A stretch of DNA of 64,000 nucleotides from contig JAQSWY010000022.1 of NCBI GenBank assembly GCA_029266425.1, forward strand, positions 6,654 to 70,653, read 5' to 3'. The notes under the pieces are model-generated. The model made no database searches. It saw nothing but the letters and a program-made list of their open reading frames with translations, and was not told the DNA's origin. The stretch is from Xanthobacteraceae bacterium. Its GTDB lineage: Bacteria > Pseudomonadota > Alphaproteobacteria > Rhizobiales > Xanthobacteraceae. Shown piece by piece: positions 12,267-21,658 of the stretch (positions within the stretch are counted from its first letter, which is position 1; each line of letters begins with the position of its first letter). Position numbers and translations under genes: made by a program.

Positions 12267-12536
12267 TCGCTCCGACTAGCGCGCTGCCGTCGGAAACACA
12301 ATTGGCAACATCCACAAAACAGATTGTTCGGCCCTCAAAGCATGCCCATCCGACCTTCGAGGGTGCTGAACAGGCATTGTAGCAACGCGCAATCGCGCGT
12401 TGGTCGGTTGCTGAGATCTTGGATCTCCACAAAGAGCAAGTGTTCTACTTGGAGCACGGCGCTCACATCGATGTCTGGCGCGGCTCCACGCCGAGCGCGA
12501 CATCCCGGCCCGGATGCGGGAGCCGGAGGGGTGAAG

Positions 12537-12656
12537 CGCTCTGCTTCAGCATCCTTCGAGGCCGCTTCGCGGCACCTCAGGATGAGGTTGCTCTATGACC
12601 ACCTCGTTCTGAGATACCGGCCAACGGCCGGCCTCGAAGGATGCTGAAGCAGAGCG
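12537..12656. repeat. Family A repeat with perfect 27-bp terminal inverted repeat
   Basis: CGCTCTGCTTCAGCATCCTTCGAGGCC (12537-12563) is the reverse complement of 12630-12656. Confidence 0.92.
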
Positions 12657-12661
12657 GCCCA

Positions 12662-13036
12662 TCAATAGAAGCACGTCACCTCGGCTTCCGCCTGGGCGCG
12701 GCGCAGATCGGCGACCATGTCGCGGAACATGCCGGTCGCGCGGAACACCTCGGCCTGCTGGCCGGTGGTCTGCATCATGCTCATGATGGTCTCGGCCTCG
12801 ACATACTTGTCGTAGGGCAGGATGGTCGCGATGGTGTCGATCGAGCAGGAGCACTTCTCCAGCGCCTGGCGCGTCTGGCCGTTCGCCGCCATGCAGCCGA
12901 ATACATAATCGGCGCGCGCCACCGTCGGATAATCATTGAGCTTGGCGGCTGGGTTGGCGCCCGGCGTCACGTTCTGTGCAAAGGCGGCCGTGGCCACCAG
13001 AACAAAACCGAGAACGGCCGGCACGAGAATCCGCAT
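12662..13036 (-). CDS. Exported Cys-rich hypothetical protein of PQQ-dehydrogenase clusters
   Basis: Signal peptide MRILVPAVLGFVLVATAAFA; four Cys (YVFGCM, KCSCSID, TCFY); GGAG SD. Confidence 0.8.
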   Translation of the reverse strand: MRILVPAVLGFVLVATAAFAQNVTPGANPAAKLNDYPTVARADYVFGCMAANGQTRQALEKCSCSIDTIATILPYDKYVEAETIMSMMQTTGQQAEVFRATGMFRDMVADLRRAQAEAEVTCFY

Positions 13037-13085
13037 GGGTGTTGCTCCCTTTTCGCCGGTTCGCGGCGTATCACTCAATTCCCGC

Positions 13086-13175
13086 CCTCATCCCCAGGCG
13101 TGACCCGGGGATCCAGCCCGTCCGCGTCCTGACGCGGCAAGTCTGGGTGGCCGGGGTCAAGCCCGGCCATTGAGG
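13086..13175. repeat. Family C palindromic repeat (degenerate)
   Basis: TCATCCCCAGGCGTGACCCGGGGATC...TGGCCGGGGTCAAGCCCGGCCA. Confidence 0.75.
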
Positions 13176-13181
13176 AAGCAA

Positions 13182-13853
13182 TCATTTCCCGGCCGGCGGC
13201 GTGGACCCGGACAGGGTCAGGCTGGTCTCGATGATGTTGGCCGAGCCGTCGAGCTTCGGCGTCACCACCCGGACCTCGTAGAGCCCGCCCGGCACCTCGT
13301 CGGAGAACAAGAACACGTAGCGGCGGCCAACCAGCTCGGCGAGCTTGTCTTTGTTGGGATCGGCGGCGAAGGGCGTCATCGTCATCTTCCAGCCCGCCAC
13401 CTGCTTGCCCTGGTAGTCGAAGCGCGTCTCCTCGACCGTGCCGTTGCCGAGCGCGTCGCGCACGCGGTTGCGGATATAAAAGGGGCTGCCCTTGGAGAGA
13501 GCCGCCATCTCCCGCACGTCGCGCTCCAGAAGCACCAGCGAGATCGGATTTCCCGACTCGGTCGGGAACGGGCCGGCCTCGCCGTGCTTGTCGCCGCGCC
13601 AGATATCGACATCGGCGACGCGCCCCGAGGCGCCTTGCGGCGCGGCGTCGACGCTCATCTCCAGCTTCTCGTCGAAGCTCTCGCCGAGCTCGGTCCTGGT
13701 GGTCACGTGCTTGTAGGCATAGGTGATCTTCGAGCCCGGAGCGACGCTCGCAAGATACGGCTTGTCGAAGAACAGCTCGGTGGAGCTGGGCTCGGCGAGT
13801 GCCGCGGTGCCGGCGAGGACGAGGGCCGCTAAGCCCATGGCGAGACGCTTCAT
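13182..13853 (-). CDS. Exported hypothetical protein
   Basis: Signal peptide MKRLAMGLAALVLAGTAALA; GNPISLVLLERDV, SPFYIRNRVR, SDEVPGG; GGGAG SD. Confidence 0.8.
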   Translation of the reverse strand: MKRLAMGLAALVLAGTAALAEPSSTELFFDKPYLASVAPGSKITYAYKHVTTRTELGESFDEKLEMSVDAAPQGASGRVADVDIWRGDKHGEAGPFPTESGNPISLVLLERDVREMAALSKGSPFYIRNRVRDALGNGTVEETRFDYQGKQVAGWKMTMTPFAADPNKDKLAELVGRRYVFLFSDEVPGGLYEVRVVTPKLDGSANIIETSLTLSGSTPPAGK

Positions 13854-13889
13854 CGAACGCTTACTCCCAAATTACGAGACGTTTTTTTG

Positions 13890-14003
13890 CCCTCTCCTGC
13901 TTGCGGGAGAGGGTGGTCCGCCGTGAGGCGGGTCGGAAGGGGAGGCCGGCCGCGTGCGGTCGGCGCGGCCCCCTCCCCGGCCCTCCCCCGCAAGCGGGAG
14001 AGG
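13890..14003. repeat. Family D palindromic repeat
   Basis: CCCTCTCCTGCTTGCGGGAGAGGG ... CCCTCCCCCGCAAGCGGGAGAGG. Confidence 0.8.
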
Positions 14004-14022
14004 CAGAAGGGGCGAGCCGCGC

Positions 14023-15171
14023 TCATTGCGCCGTCTCCGGCGTCGAGAAACGCCGGTACACATAGTCGGCGTCCTTCACCGCATCCTCTTCGGCCAGCGC
14101 CAGCAGATGCGCGTGGAGCGGCGACTTGTGGCAGGCGGGGTCGGTCTCCGCCGCATCGCCGGCAATCGCCATGGCCTGGCAACGGCAGCCGCCCCAGTCG
14201 ATCTCCTTGCGCTCGCAGCTCTTGCAGAGCGGGGGCATCCAGTCGGTGCCGCGGAACGCGTTGAAGGCCGGGGAATCCTGCCAGATCTCGCTCAGCGAAT
14301 GATCGCGCACGTTCCAGAAATCGAGGTTCGGAATGGTTTCGGCGGCGTGGCAGGGCAGCACCTTGCCCGACGGCGTGACGTTCAGCGACTGCCGGCCCCA
14401 GCCATTCATGCAGGGCTTGGGGTATTTCGCGTAATAGTCCGGCACCACCGCATCGATGGTGAGCACGCCCTTCAGCCGCTCGCGCGCCTTCTCAACGACG
14501 TCGAGCGCCCAGAACACCTGGTCGCGTGTCGGCATCAGGGCGGCGCGGTTGCGCAGCGCCCAGCCGTAATACTGCGAATGGGCGATCTCGACGCGCCTGG
14601 CGCCAAGCTCCTGCGCCAGCTCGATGAAGTCCGGGATCTGGTGGATGTTGGCCCGGTGCACCACGGCATTGATGGTGAGCGGCAGGCCGAGCCGGCGCAC
14701 CTCGGCGGCGAAGGCGCGCTTGCGCTCATACGCGCCCTTGTAGCCGGAGACCTTCTCGGTCACCGCGCTGTCAGCGCCCTGGAAGGAGAGCTGCACATGG
14801 TCGATGCCAGCGTCCGAGATCGCCTGCAGGCGCTCCGGGTTGACGCCGACGCCGGCGGTGATGAGATTGGTGTAGATTCCGACCTTCACGCAGTGGCGGA
14901 TCATCTCCTCCAGATCGCGGCGCGCGGTCGGCTCGCCGCCGGAGAGATGCACCTGCAGCACCCCGAGCTTGGCGGCCTCCGAGAAGACGCGCAGCCAGCT
15001 CTCGAGATCGAGCTCGGCATTGCGGCGGTCGAGATCGACCGGGTTCGAGCAATAGGGGCATTGCAGCGGGCAGCGATGCGTCAGCTCGGCCAGCATGCCA
15101 TAGGGCGCCGGCAACGGCGGGCGGACCAGCGCCTCGGCCTCGGCAACCAGGCTGGTGATCACGTTCATCAC
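14023..15171 (-). CDS. pqqE: PQQ biosynthesis radical SAM/SPASM enzyme PqqE
   Basis: [43 protein letters not shown]. Confidence 0.97.
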   Translation of the reverse strand: MMNVITSLVAEAEALVRPPLPAPYGMLAELTHRCPLQCPYCSNPVDLDRRNAELDLESWLRVFSEAAKLGVLQVHLSGGEPTARRDLEEMIRHCVKVGIYTNLITAGVGVNPERLQAISDAGIDHVQLSFQGADSAVTEKVSGYKGAYERKRAFAAEVRRLGLPLTINAVVHRANIHQIPDFIELAQELGARRVEIAHSQYYGWALRNRAALMPTRDQVFWALDVVEKARERLKGVLTIDAVVPDYYAKYPKPCMNGWGRQSLNVTPSGKVLPCHAAETIPNLDFWNVRDHSLSEIWQDSPAFNAFRGTDWMPPLCKSCERKEIDWGGCRCQAMAIAGDAAETDPACHKSPLHAHLLALAEEDAVKDADYVYRRFSTPETAQ

Positions 15172-15452
15172 GTCACCTCCACCATGCCCTTCTCGGCGAG
15201 CCCGCCGAGGAAGGCGCGCACATCGGCGTCGACTCGCTCGCGCTCCACGGAGAAGGCAGTGATGAGATCATCGACGATGGTCTCGATCGAGCGCTCGCCA
15301 TCGACCCGCTTCAGTATCTCCACCGCCACCGGATCTGGATGCAGCACGCGCTCCGGCGCCAGCAGCACCCACTGCCCGCGCGCCTCGTCATGGCGCAGCC
15401 GCACGCCGCGGGCGAGCTTCGGGATTCCGTTGGCGGCGAAGGCTTCGGTCAA
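15168..15452 (-). CDS. pqqD: PQQ peptide chaperone PqqD (TTG start)
   Basis: [25 protein letters not shown]; position between pqqC and pqqE; AGGAG SD. Confidence 0.93.
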   Translation of the reverse strand: MTEAFAANGIPKLARGVRLRHDEARGQWVLLAPERVLHPDPVAVEILKRVDGERSIETIVDDLITAFSVERERVDADVRAFLGGLAEKGMVEVT

Positions 15453-15467
15453 TCCATTCTCCTGTCG

Positions 15468-15577
15468 ACGTCATCCTGAGGTGCGAGCGCAGCGAGCCTC
15501 GAAGGATGCCCGCTCCAGATGGCCGTCTTCTGCTTCATCATCCTTCGAGGCCGCTGCGCGGCACCTCAGGATGACGT
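15468..15577. repeat. Family A repeat in reversed dimer geometry, inside the pqq operon
   Basis: Outer ends ACGTCATCCTGAGG ... CCTCAGGATGACGT. Confidence 0.88.
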
Positions 15578-15584
15578 TGTTCAC

Positions 15585-16316
15585 TCAGCCCTTCGGCACG
15601 AAGGCCCCCGGATAGGGCATCTTCGGGTCGACATAGGCGAAATAGAGCGCGTCGAGCTGCACCCAGAGCACGTTGCACTTGAACTCCAAAGCGCGGATCG
15701 CCGCCTCCTGCTGTTCCGGGGTGCGGGCGTGCTCCTTGACGTAGTCGAGCGCGAAATCGGCGTCGCGCGGGGCCTGCGTCAACCTCTTGTCGAAATAGGC
15801 CAAAGTGTCCTTCGAGACGAAATCGTAGTTCTTCAGCATGCCGGCGACACGTTCGCCGATGATGCCGGGGGAGAACATTTCCGTGAGCGAGGAGGCGATG
15901 GCCTCGAGCAGCGAGCGGTCGCGCACGAAGTGCACATAGGCGTCCACAGCGAAGCGGGTCGCCGGCAGCAGGCCCTGCAGCGAGGTGACGTAGTCGCGAT
16001 CGAGGCCAAGCCCGTCGGTGAGCTTCAGCCAGCGGGCGATGCCGCCCTCGCCCTCATGGTCGCCATCATGGTCGATGACGCGCTGGCGCCAGATGCGGCG
16101 CAGCTCCGCCTCCTCCATGCGGGCGAGCACGGAGGAATCCTTCACAGGGATCATCGCCTGATAGTAATAGCGGTTCAGCGCCCAGGCCTGCACCTGGCCG
16201 AGGTCCAGCTCGCCGCCATGCAGCAATTTATGGAAGGGGTGCAGATTGTGATAGCGCCGGGCGCCGACATCGCGCAGGCGCGCCTCCAACTCATCGGGCG
16301 AGAGCAGCTGGGTCAT
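15585..16316 (-). CDS. pqqC: Pyrroloquinoline-quinone synthase PqqC
   Basis: RYHNLHPFH, WALNRYYYQ, IWRQRVIDHDG, FKCNVLW. Confidence 0.97.
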   Translation of the reverse strand: MTQLLSPDELEARLRDVGARRYHNLHPFHKLLHGGELDLGQVQAWALNRYYYQAMIPVKDSSVLARMEEAELRRIWRQRVIDHDGDHEGEGGIARWLKLTDGLGLDRDYVTSLQGLLPATRFAVDAYVHFVRDRSLLEAIASSLTEMFSPGIIGERVAGMLKNYDFVSKDTLAYFDKRLTQAPRDADFALDYVKEHARTPEQQEAAIRALEFKCNVLWVQLDALYFAYVDPKMPYPGAFVPKG

Positions 16317-17236
16317 AGGCGGATCTCCATCCCGTCCTCGGCGATGTCCCATCCGGCCGCCTCGGCAGCGCTACGCTCGGGCGAGCCGTCAATGAGCACC
16401 GGATTGGTGTTGTTTATGTGCACATAGACCTTGCGGCCCACCGCTATACCGTCAAAGGCGGCGATCGAGCCAGCCGCTCCCGACATCGCCATATGGCCCA
16501 TGCGGGCGCCGGTCTTGGTGCCGACCCCGGAGGCGATCATCTCGTCGTCCCGCCACACCGTGCCGTCGAACAGCACGGCATCGGCGCCTTCGAGGCGCTG
16601 GCGCAGGGCGTCGGTCATGGCGGCGCAGCCGGGCACGAAGACGATACGGGCATCGCCGGCGCGCAGCTCGACCCCGATGGTCTGCTCGCCCTCAACCCTG
16701 GTCTCGACGTCTCCTTTTTCGAGGTAGAGCGCGATCTTGCCCGGTACCGGGAAGATCTCGGCGCTGACGCCGTCCACCAGTTCGAAGGATGAGCCGAGTG
16801 TCACCTCATGCCTCGTCACCACGGTCTCGGCCAAGACATCGAAGGCGGAATTAGCGCGGAGCACCGCCTGCACGGCGGGGGTGGCGAACAGGCGGAACCC
16901 CTGCGCCTCGCGCAGGCTCAGCAGCCCGGCGACATGGTCGATATCGGCATTGGTCAGCAGCACGGAGGCCACCGGTGTGTGCCGGCGGCCTCCCTTGGGA
17001 TGCAATGCCGGCACGGCTTGTATTTGCGACAGGATCTCGGGCGCACAGTTCACCAGTGCCCAACGCTCGCCGTCCGCACTGACCGCAACGGATGTCTGGG
17101 TCCGTCGGCGGACGCGCGGATCACCCTCCCAGGCGAGCGTGCACACCGGACATCGGCAGTTCCATTGGGGGAACCCCCCGCCGGCCGCCGAGCCGAGCAC
17201 CACGAGACGCAGGCGGGACGTGCTGTCAGGCATCAC
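16313..17236 (-). CDS. pqqB: PQQ biosynthesis protein PqqB
   Basis: LGSAAGGGFPQWNCRCPVC, DIDHVAGLLSLRE, HINNTNP. Confidence 0.97.
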   Translation of the reverse strand: MMPDSTSRLRLVVLGSAAGGGFPQWNCRCPVCTLAWEGDPRVRRRTQTSVAVSADGERWALVNCAPEILSQIQAVPALHPKGGRRHTPVASVLLTNADIDHVAGLLSLREAQGFRLFATPAVQAVLRANSAFDVLAETVVTRHEVTLGSSFELVDGVSAEIFPVPGKIALYLEKGDVETRVEGEQTIGVELRAGDARIVFVPGCAAMTDALRQRLEGADAVLFDGTVWRDDEMIASGVGTKTGARMGHMAMSGAAGSIAAFDGIAVGRKVYVHINNTNPVLIDGSPERSAAEAAGWDIAEDGMEIRL

Positions 17237-17289
17237 GATGGATCACTTCAATCGCGATGCCGTCTGCGCTTCGTCCCGCCTCGCGGTGA

Positions 17290-17367
17290 TCAGAAGTCCG
17301 CCGGGAAATAGGCGTTGACTTCCATGCCGACGCAGACTTCGACGATACGCGGAGTGGTCCAGGCCAT
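17290..17367 (-). CDS. pqqA: PQQ precursor peptide PqqA (25 aa), not in ORF track
   Basis: MAWTTPRIVEVCVGMEVNAYFPADF*; E-x3-Y motif; GGAGG SD; directly upstream of pqqB. Confidence 0.96.
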   Translation of the reverse strand: MAWTTPRIVEVCVGMEVNAYFPADF

Positions 17368-17407
17368 TTCTGCTTCCTCCAGTGTAGTTGCTCCAAGTAT
17401 AAACTTC

Positions 17408-17491
17408 ATAAGAAGATTATAAGAAGCAGCTTTGCTAACGCGGTGATCTAAACCGCAATAATAGTCTGGTCATTCCGATGCCGAGCGTCAA
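17408..17491 (-). promoter_or_regulatory. pqqA upstream region: TTCTTAT direct repeat and possible sigma70 promoter
   Basis: ATAAGAA-GATT-ATAAGAA at 17408-17425 (+ strand); minus-strand TTGACG-N17-CAGACT at 17491-17463. Confidence 0.5.
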
Positions 17492-17606
17492 GGAGATGTT
17501 CGGAAATCTTCGCAGGTCGACAATGTGCCAGAGGCAGCGGTGACGGGGTGCGGTGCAATATTCCGGGAGCCGGTTTTGCGTGAGGGAAAGAAGCAGAAGG
17601 TGTCCT

Positions 17607-17712
17607 GCTTCAACATCCTTCGAGGCTCGCCATCGCTCGCACCTCAGGATGACGTCGCCTCATAGAACCACATCATCCTGAGGTGCCGCCGCAGGCGGCC
17701 TCGAAGGACGCT
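17607..17712. repeat. Family A palindromic repeat
   Basis: CATCCTTCGAGG...CCTCAGGATGA / TCATCCTGAGG...CCTCGAAGGACG. Confidence 0.85.
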
Positions 17713-17725
17713 CGCGCAAAGCGCC

Positions 17726-18415
17726 TCACCCCGGATCCGGCTCGAACATGAAGCCACGGCCGCGCACGGTCACGATCAGGTGCCCGCCGGTCGGCAGCGC
17801 TTCCGCCAGCTTGTGGCGGAGATAGCCGACATAGACGTCCACCACGTTCAGCGAGGCGCCGCCATGGCCAGCCCACAGCGCGGCGAAGATGTCGGCGCGC
17901 GCCAGGGGCTCGCCGGCGTGGCGCATCAAGAGCGCCAGCAATTCGACCTCGCGCTCCGTGAGGCGCACGCGGGTCTCGCCCACCTGCGCCTGGCGGGTGT
18001 CGAGATCGAGGCTCAGCGGGCCGGCGGTCAGCACGCGGGATTCCTCCTCGCTGTTCGAACGGCGCAGCGCCTGCACCTTCACCCGCGCCAGCAACTCCTC
18101 GAAGGCAAACGGTTTCACGATGTAGTCGTCGGCGCCGGCGAGCAGCCCCTCGGTGCGCTCGTTCACGCTGGAGCGGGCGGAAAGCATGATGATCGGCGCG
18201 GTCTGGCCGGCCGCGCGCAATGCCTTGCACACCTCGATGCCGGAGCGGCCAGGCAGCATGACGTCGAGAATGATCGCCTCCAGCGCCTTGCCATTGGCCG
18301 CGCGCAGCGCCTGGTCGCCGTCGCCCACCAGTTCGACCTGGTAGCTCTCGGAGGCGAAGCCGCGCCGCAGCAGCGAGCCGATATCGACATCGTCCTCCAC
18401 GATCAGAATGGTCAT
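17726..18415 (-). CDS. mxbM: OmpR-family response regulator, MxbM-like
   Basis: ILIVEDD, ILDVMLPG, GADDYIVKPF, winged helix VVDVYVGYLRHKL, TVRGRGF; synteny upstream of pqqA as in Methylorubrum mxbDM-pqq. Confidence 0.7.
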   Translation of the reverse strand: MTILIVEDDVDIGSLLRRGFASESYQVELVGDGDQALRAANGKALEAIILDVMLPGRSGIEVCKALRAAGQTAPIIMLSARSSVNERTEGLLAGADDYIVKPFAFEELLARVKVQALRRSNSEEESRVLTAGPLSLDLDTRQAQVGETRVRLTEREVELLALLMRHAGEPLARADIFAALWAGHGGASLNVVDVYVGYLRHKLAEALPTGGHLIVTVRGRGFMFEPDPG

Positions 18416-20034
18416 TGCGCCGCCTCCAGGGTGATGTCCGGCATCGGTGCCGCAAGTCTTATGGTCACGCAGGTGCCGCGCCCCGGCCCAGGCTCCGTGC
18501 TGCTGTCGACGGCGATCGAACCGCCATGCCGGTCGACGATCCATTTCGCAAGTGCGAGACCGATGCCGAATCCGGTGCCCTCGCGCCCTCCCGCAGTGCC
18601 GCGCCAGAAGCGCTCGAAGACGTGCGGCAGCTCGTCGCGGGGAATGCCCATGCCATGATCGCGCACTTCGAGCACAACCTCGCGGCCGTGCTGGCGGGCC
18701 TCGACACGCACAGATTCGCCCGGCGGCGAGTGGCGCACCGCATTCGCCACCAGGCCTTCCAGCGTCTGGCGCAGCCATTCGCGGTCGGCATCCACGGCGA
18801 GGGCGTCGCGCTCGCACAGCGTCTCCAGCGTTAGGCCGGCGGCGCGGGCTACGGGCGACATCGATTCCTTCATCTCGTCGAGCAGATCGCACACCGGCAC
18901 CAGCGAGCGCTCGAGCTCGATCTGCCCGGTCTCCGAGCGGGCGATGCGCAGCAGGTCCTCGACCCGGCGGTGCAGCCGACGGGCGCGCGCCTGGATCACC
19001 AGCAGCGCGGCGCGCAGATCCTCCGCCGGCGGGGTGCCGGCGCGCAGCGTCACCTCGGCCTCACCGAGTATCACGGTGAGCGGCGTGCGCAATTCGTGGC
19101 TGACATCGGTGAAGAAGCGCCGCCGCGCCTGGTCGACATTCTCCAGTCGCGTATTGGCGGCACGCAATTCCGCCGTGCGGGCGTCGACGGTCTCCTGCAG
19201 GTGTCTTTGGTCCGCCACCAGCCGGGCCTCGCGGCGCGCCAGATGCGCGGCCATGCGGTTGAAGCGGGCCATGGCGAGGCTGAGCTCGTCATGGCCCGTG
19301 ACGGTGAGGCGCACATCGGAGCGGCCCTTGGCGATGGCGGCGGCGCCGGTCGCGACCTCCGCCACCCGCCGCACCAGCGAGCGGCCAAGCACCTGATAGA
19401 TCAGCACCGCCAGCGCAAAGGCCAGCGCGACGCCGCCGAGGCCCCAGGTGATGGTGCGGCGGCGCAATTCGCGCACCGCCTGCTGCGCCGCCTGCGCCGA
19501 CGTGCGCTCCTCTTCCATGGCCTGGCCGAGCGGGGCGCCGAAGCCGGCGGCGAACACGTCGAGCGCCACCCGCACCGCGCTGCCGGGATCGGGGGCCTCG
19601 AGCGCGCTCGCGACCTGGCGGTCCAGCACCTCGAACTGCGCACGCAGCCGGGCCAGGGTGCGGCTGCGGGCCGCCATCATGGTGCCCTGCTCCTCGTCGC
19701 GGATGCGGGCGACATCGGCGCTGAGCGCCCCCTCGAAGCGCTGGAAGGCATCGCGGGCGCGGGCGAGGGCATTGAGCCGGCCGGCATGCATGGTGCCGTC
19801 CGACGCCCCCTCCTGCGACGCCTGGAGCGAGACCAGCGCATAGTCGCCGATGCGGCCGGAGAGCGCGGAGAGCAGTTCGAGCCGCTTCTGCGCGCCGACC
19901 AGGCGCTCCACCTGGTCGTTGGCGGCGCCGAGCGTGCCGACGAGCAATGCCGCCGCGACCGCGGTGATCAGCACCGCGACTGCCAGCAGCAGGGCCATCC
20001 GCGCCCGCAAGGATGAGAAGATACCGCGTACCAT
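18412..20034 (-). CDS. mxbD: HAMP-domain sensor histidine kinase, MxbD-like
   Basis: Two TM helices, periplasmic domain, HAMP, H-box DVSHELRTPL, NAVRHS, DHGMG, GFGIGL; start uncertain. Confidence 0.7.
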   Translation of the reverse strand: MVRGIFSSLRARMALLLAVAVLITAVAAALLVGTLGAANDQVERLVGAQKRLELLSALSGRIGDYALVSLQASQEGASDGTMHAGRLNALARARDAFQRFEGALSADVARIRDEEQGTMMAARSRTLARLRAQFEVLDRQVASALEAPDPGSAVRVALDVFAAGFGAPLGQAMEEERTSAQAAQQAVRELRRRTITWGLGGVALAFALAVLIYQVLGRSLVRRVAEVATGAAAIAKGRSDVRLTVTGHDELSLAMARFNRMAAHLARREARLVADQRHLQETVDARTAELRAANTRLENVDQARRRFFTDVSHELRTPLTVILGEAEVTLRAGTPPAEDLRAALLVIQARARRLHRRVEDLLRIARSETGQIELERSLVPVCDLLDEMKESMSPVARAAGLTLETLCERDALAVDADREWLRQTLEGLVANAVRHSPPGESVRVEARQHGREVVLEVRDHGMGIPRDELPHVFERFWRGTAGGREGTGFGIGLALAKWIVDRHGGSIAVDSSTEPGPGRGTCVTIRLAAPMPDITLEAAQ

Positions 20035-20160
20035 GCCGGAAGCTTTCCGCTTCATCCGGCTCATGAAAAGCCGGATACGGATGATTTCACGACCGCGCCG
20101 GCTCTGCACGCTGCGCCGCAACAGAATTGAGGGGAATATATGAAGGCAGGCGTTGCCCGA

Positions 20161-20287
20161 CTTCAGCATCCTTCGAGGCTCGCTTCACTCGCACCTCAGG
20201 ATGAGGTTACTCTTTTAAAGCGACCCCATCCCTAGCGGTTGGCCGATGGCCAACCGCGGGGCTGCCCGGCACAACTGGGCCTCGAAG
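20161..20287. repeat. Family A repeat (variant with extra internal hairpin)
   Basis: CTTCAGCATCCTTCGAGG...; GCGGTTGGCCGATGGCCAACCGC insert. Confidence 0.8.
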
Positions 20288-20324
20288 TAACCTCAGCAGG
20301 ACGACTCCTCACCGCTTCATCGCC

Positions 20325-20582
20325 TCAACCTTTGACAGCCTTCTTGGCGTCGTTCACGAAGTCCACGCACTCGTCATACTCCTTCTCGCCCATCTCGCGC
20401 TCGGCGCCCTTCAGCGCCTTGTTGAGCTTGTCGAGCGTCGCCTTGGGCGGCGCCTTGGCGATCTCGGCCTTGATCATGGCGACGCCGTCGGTGCACTGCT
20501 TGGCGTCGTCGGCGAGCGCCAGAGTGGCGCCGGCCCCGACCATCGCAGCACTGAAGAGAAGGGTGGCGGCAAGGCTCTTCAT
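20325..20582 (-). CDS. lanD: Periplasmic lanthanide chaperone LanD (LutD)-like protein
   Basis: Signal peptide, then ADDAKQCTDGV...KLNKALKGAEREMGEKEYDEC...AKKAV; two Cys and an acidic ERE-x-GE-x-E-x-DEC patch resembling Methylorubrum LanD as recalled. Confidence 0.75.
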   Translation of the reverse strand: MKSLAATLLFSAAMVGAGATLALADDAKQCTDGVAMIKAEIAKAPPKATLDKLNKALKGAEREMGEKEYDECVDFVNDAKKAVKG

Positions 20583-20619
20583 GGGCGTTCCTCCGAATAT
20601 CGTCTGTTTTTATCTGGCG

Positions 20620-21078
20620 TTACTTCACGGTCAGGGTGCCGGCCATGCCCTTTTCCTGAAGGCCGTCGATCCACCACTGGAAAGTGCCGGTGCGGATCGG
20701 CACGAACTCCAGCGCGATGGTGCCGGCATCGTCGAACTCGATGTGGTGCGGCGCGCCGTAGGGGTGGATCTCCAGATGGTTGATGACGATCTGGTTCATC
20801 CAGATGTTGCGGAAGAATTCCGGCGCCAGGAACTTGTATTCCTTGCCGCCATTGGAGGTAACGTTCAGCCGGTAGGACTTGCCGCCCTCCATGGTAATGT
20901 CCTTCACCGAGACGGCGAAATCATTGCCGCCGGTGTCGCCGAGCACGATCTCGGGCAGATCCTGCCGTCCCTTGGCGAGATCGATGGCCGAGGCGGCGCG
21001 CGGTAGGACGAGCGCGCCGGCGGCCCCGGCGGCTGAGAAGGCGAGCAATTGGCGGCGGTTGATCGGGCGTCGGATCAT
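20620..21078 (-). CDS. Tat-exported cupredoxin-like protein (LutC-like)
   Basis: NRRQLL Tat motif; beta-rich domain FLAPEFFRNIW...FVPIRTGTFQWWIDGLQEKGMAGTLTVK; adjacent to the lanD-like gene. Confidence 0.7.
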   Translation of the reverse strand: MIRRPINRRQLLAFSAAGAAGALVLPRAASAIDLAKGRQDLPEIVLGDTGGNDFAVSVKDITMEGGKSYRLNVTSNGGKEYKFLAPEFFRNIWMNQIVINHLEIHPYGAPHHIEFDDAGTIALEFVPIRTGTFQWWIDGLQEKGMAGTLTVK

Positions 21079-21273
21079 CTGGAGCATCTCCCATCCCATG
21101 TGCGCCCGGCGCGCGTCGAGGCGGGCCGGCGGCTCAGAATACGTGCCGGACGGGAAGGTAATGCTGGCGGTATCTACTGTCTATAATATTGATTCTTATG
21201 AATTTTTTATTGTGGAGACCTCAGAAGCGAGCATGCGGCGCGCCGATTTCCGTCGAGTTAGCCACCGAGACCA

Positions 21274-21358
21274 CGTCGTCCCTGGCCTTGTGCCGGGGAT
21301 CTCGATTCAAGGCAGCACATCAGAGGCCGAGATGGCCGGGACAAGCCCGGCCATGACG
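21274..21358. repeat. Family C CGTC-tagged repeat
   Basis: CGTCGTCCCTGGCCTTGTGCCGGGGATC...ATGGCCGGGACAAGCCCGGCCATGACG. Confidence 0.85.
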
Positions 21359-21451
21359 GGGAAACGGACCCACGTCACCTGCATTTTCACACGTCACCTG
21401 CCATTTCCAGATGACGGTTCAGGCTCTCTGGAGAGGTCGACTTCGATACTC

Positions 21452-21658
21452 TCAGATATCCCGTCCGGACATCGGACGGCCGCAGCGCCACTTGGTCACT
21501 TTCCACTTGGGATGGGTTTCGGACCATTCGGCGATGACGGGCTGGGCGCCCATCAGGCATTGCGTCGGCAGCGACACCTGCTCAACGCTCATCGACACCG
21601 CCTCTTCCCGGCATACGCCCGGCGAGGCAATCAGGCAGATAGACAGAATAAGCTCCAT
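21452..21658 (-). CDS. Small 4-Cys hypothetical protein (68 aa)
   Basis: MELILSICLIASPGVCREE...QCLMGAQPVIAEWSETHPKWKVTKWRCG; AAGGA SD. Confidence 0.75.
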   Translation of the reverse strand: MELILSICLIASPGVCREEAVSMSVEQVSLPTQCLMGAQPVIAEWSETHPKWKVTKWRCGRPMSGRDI

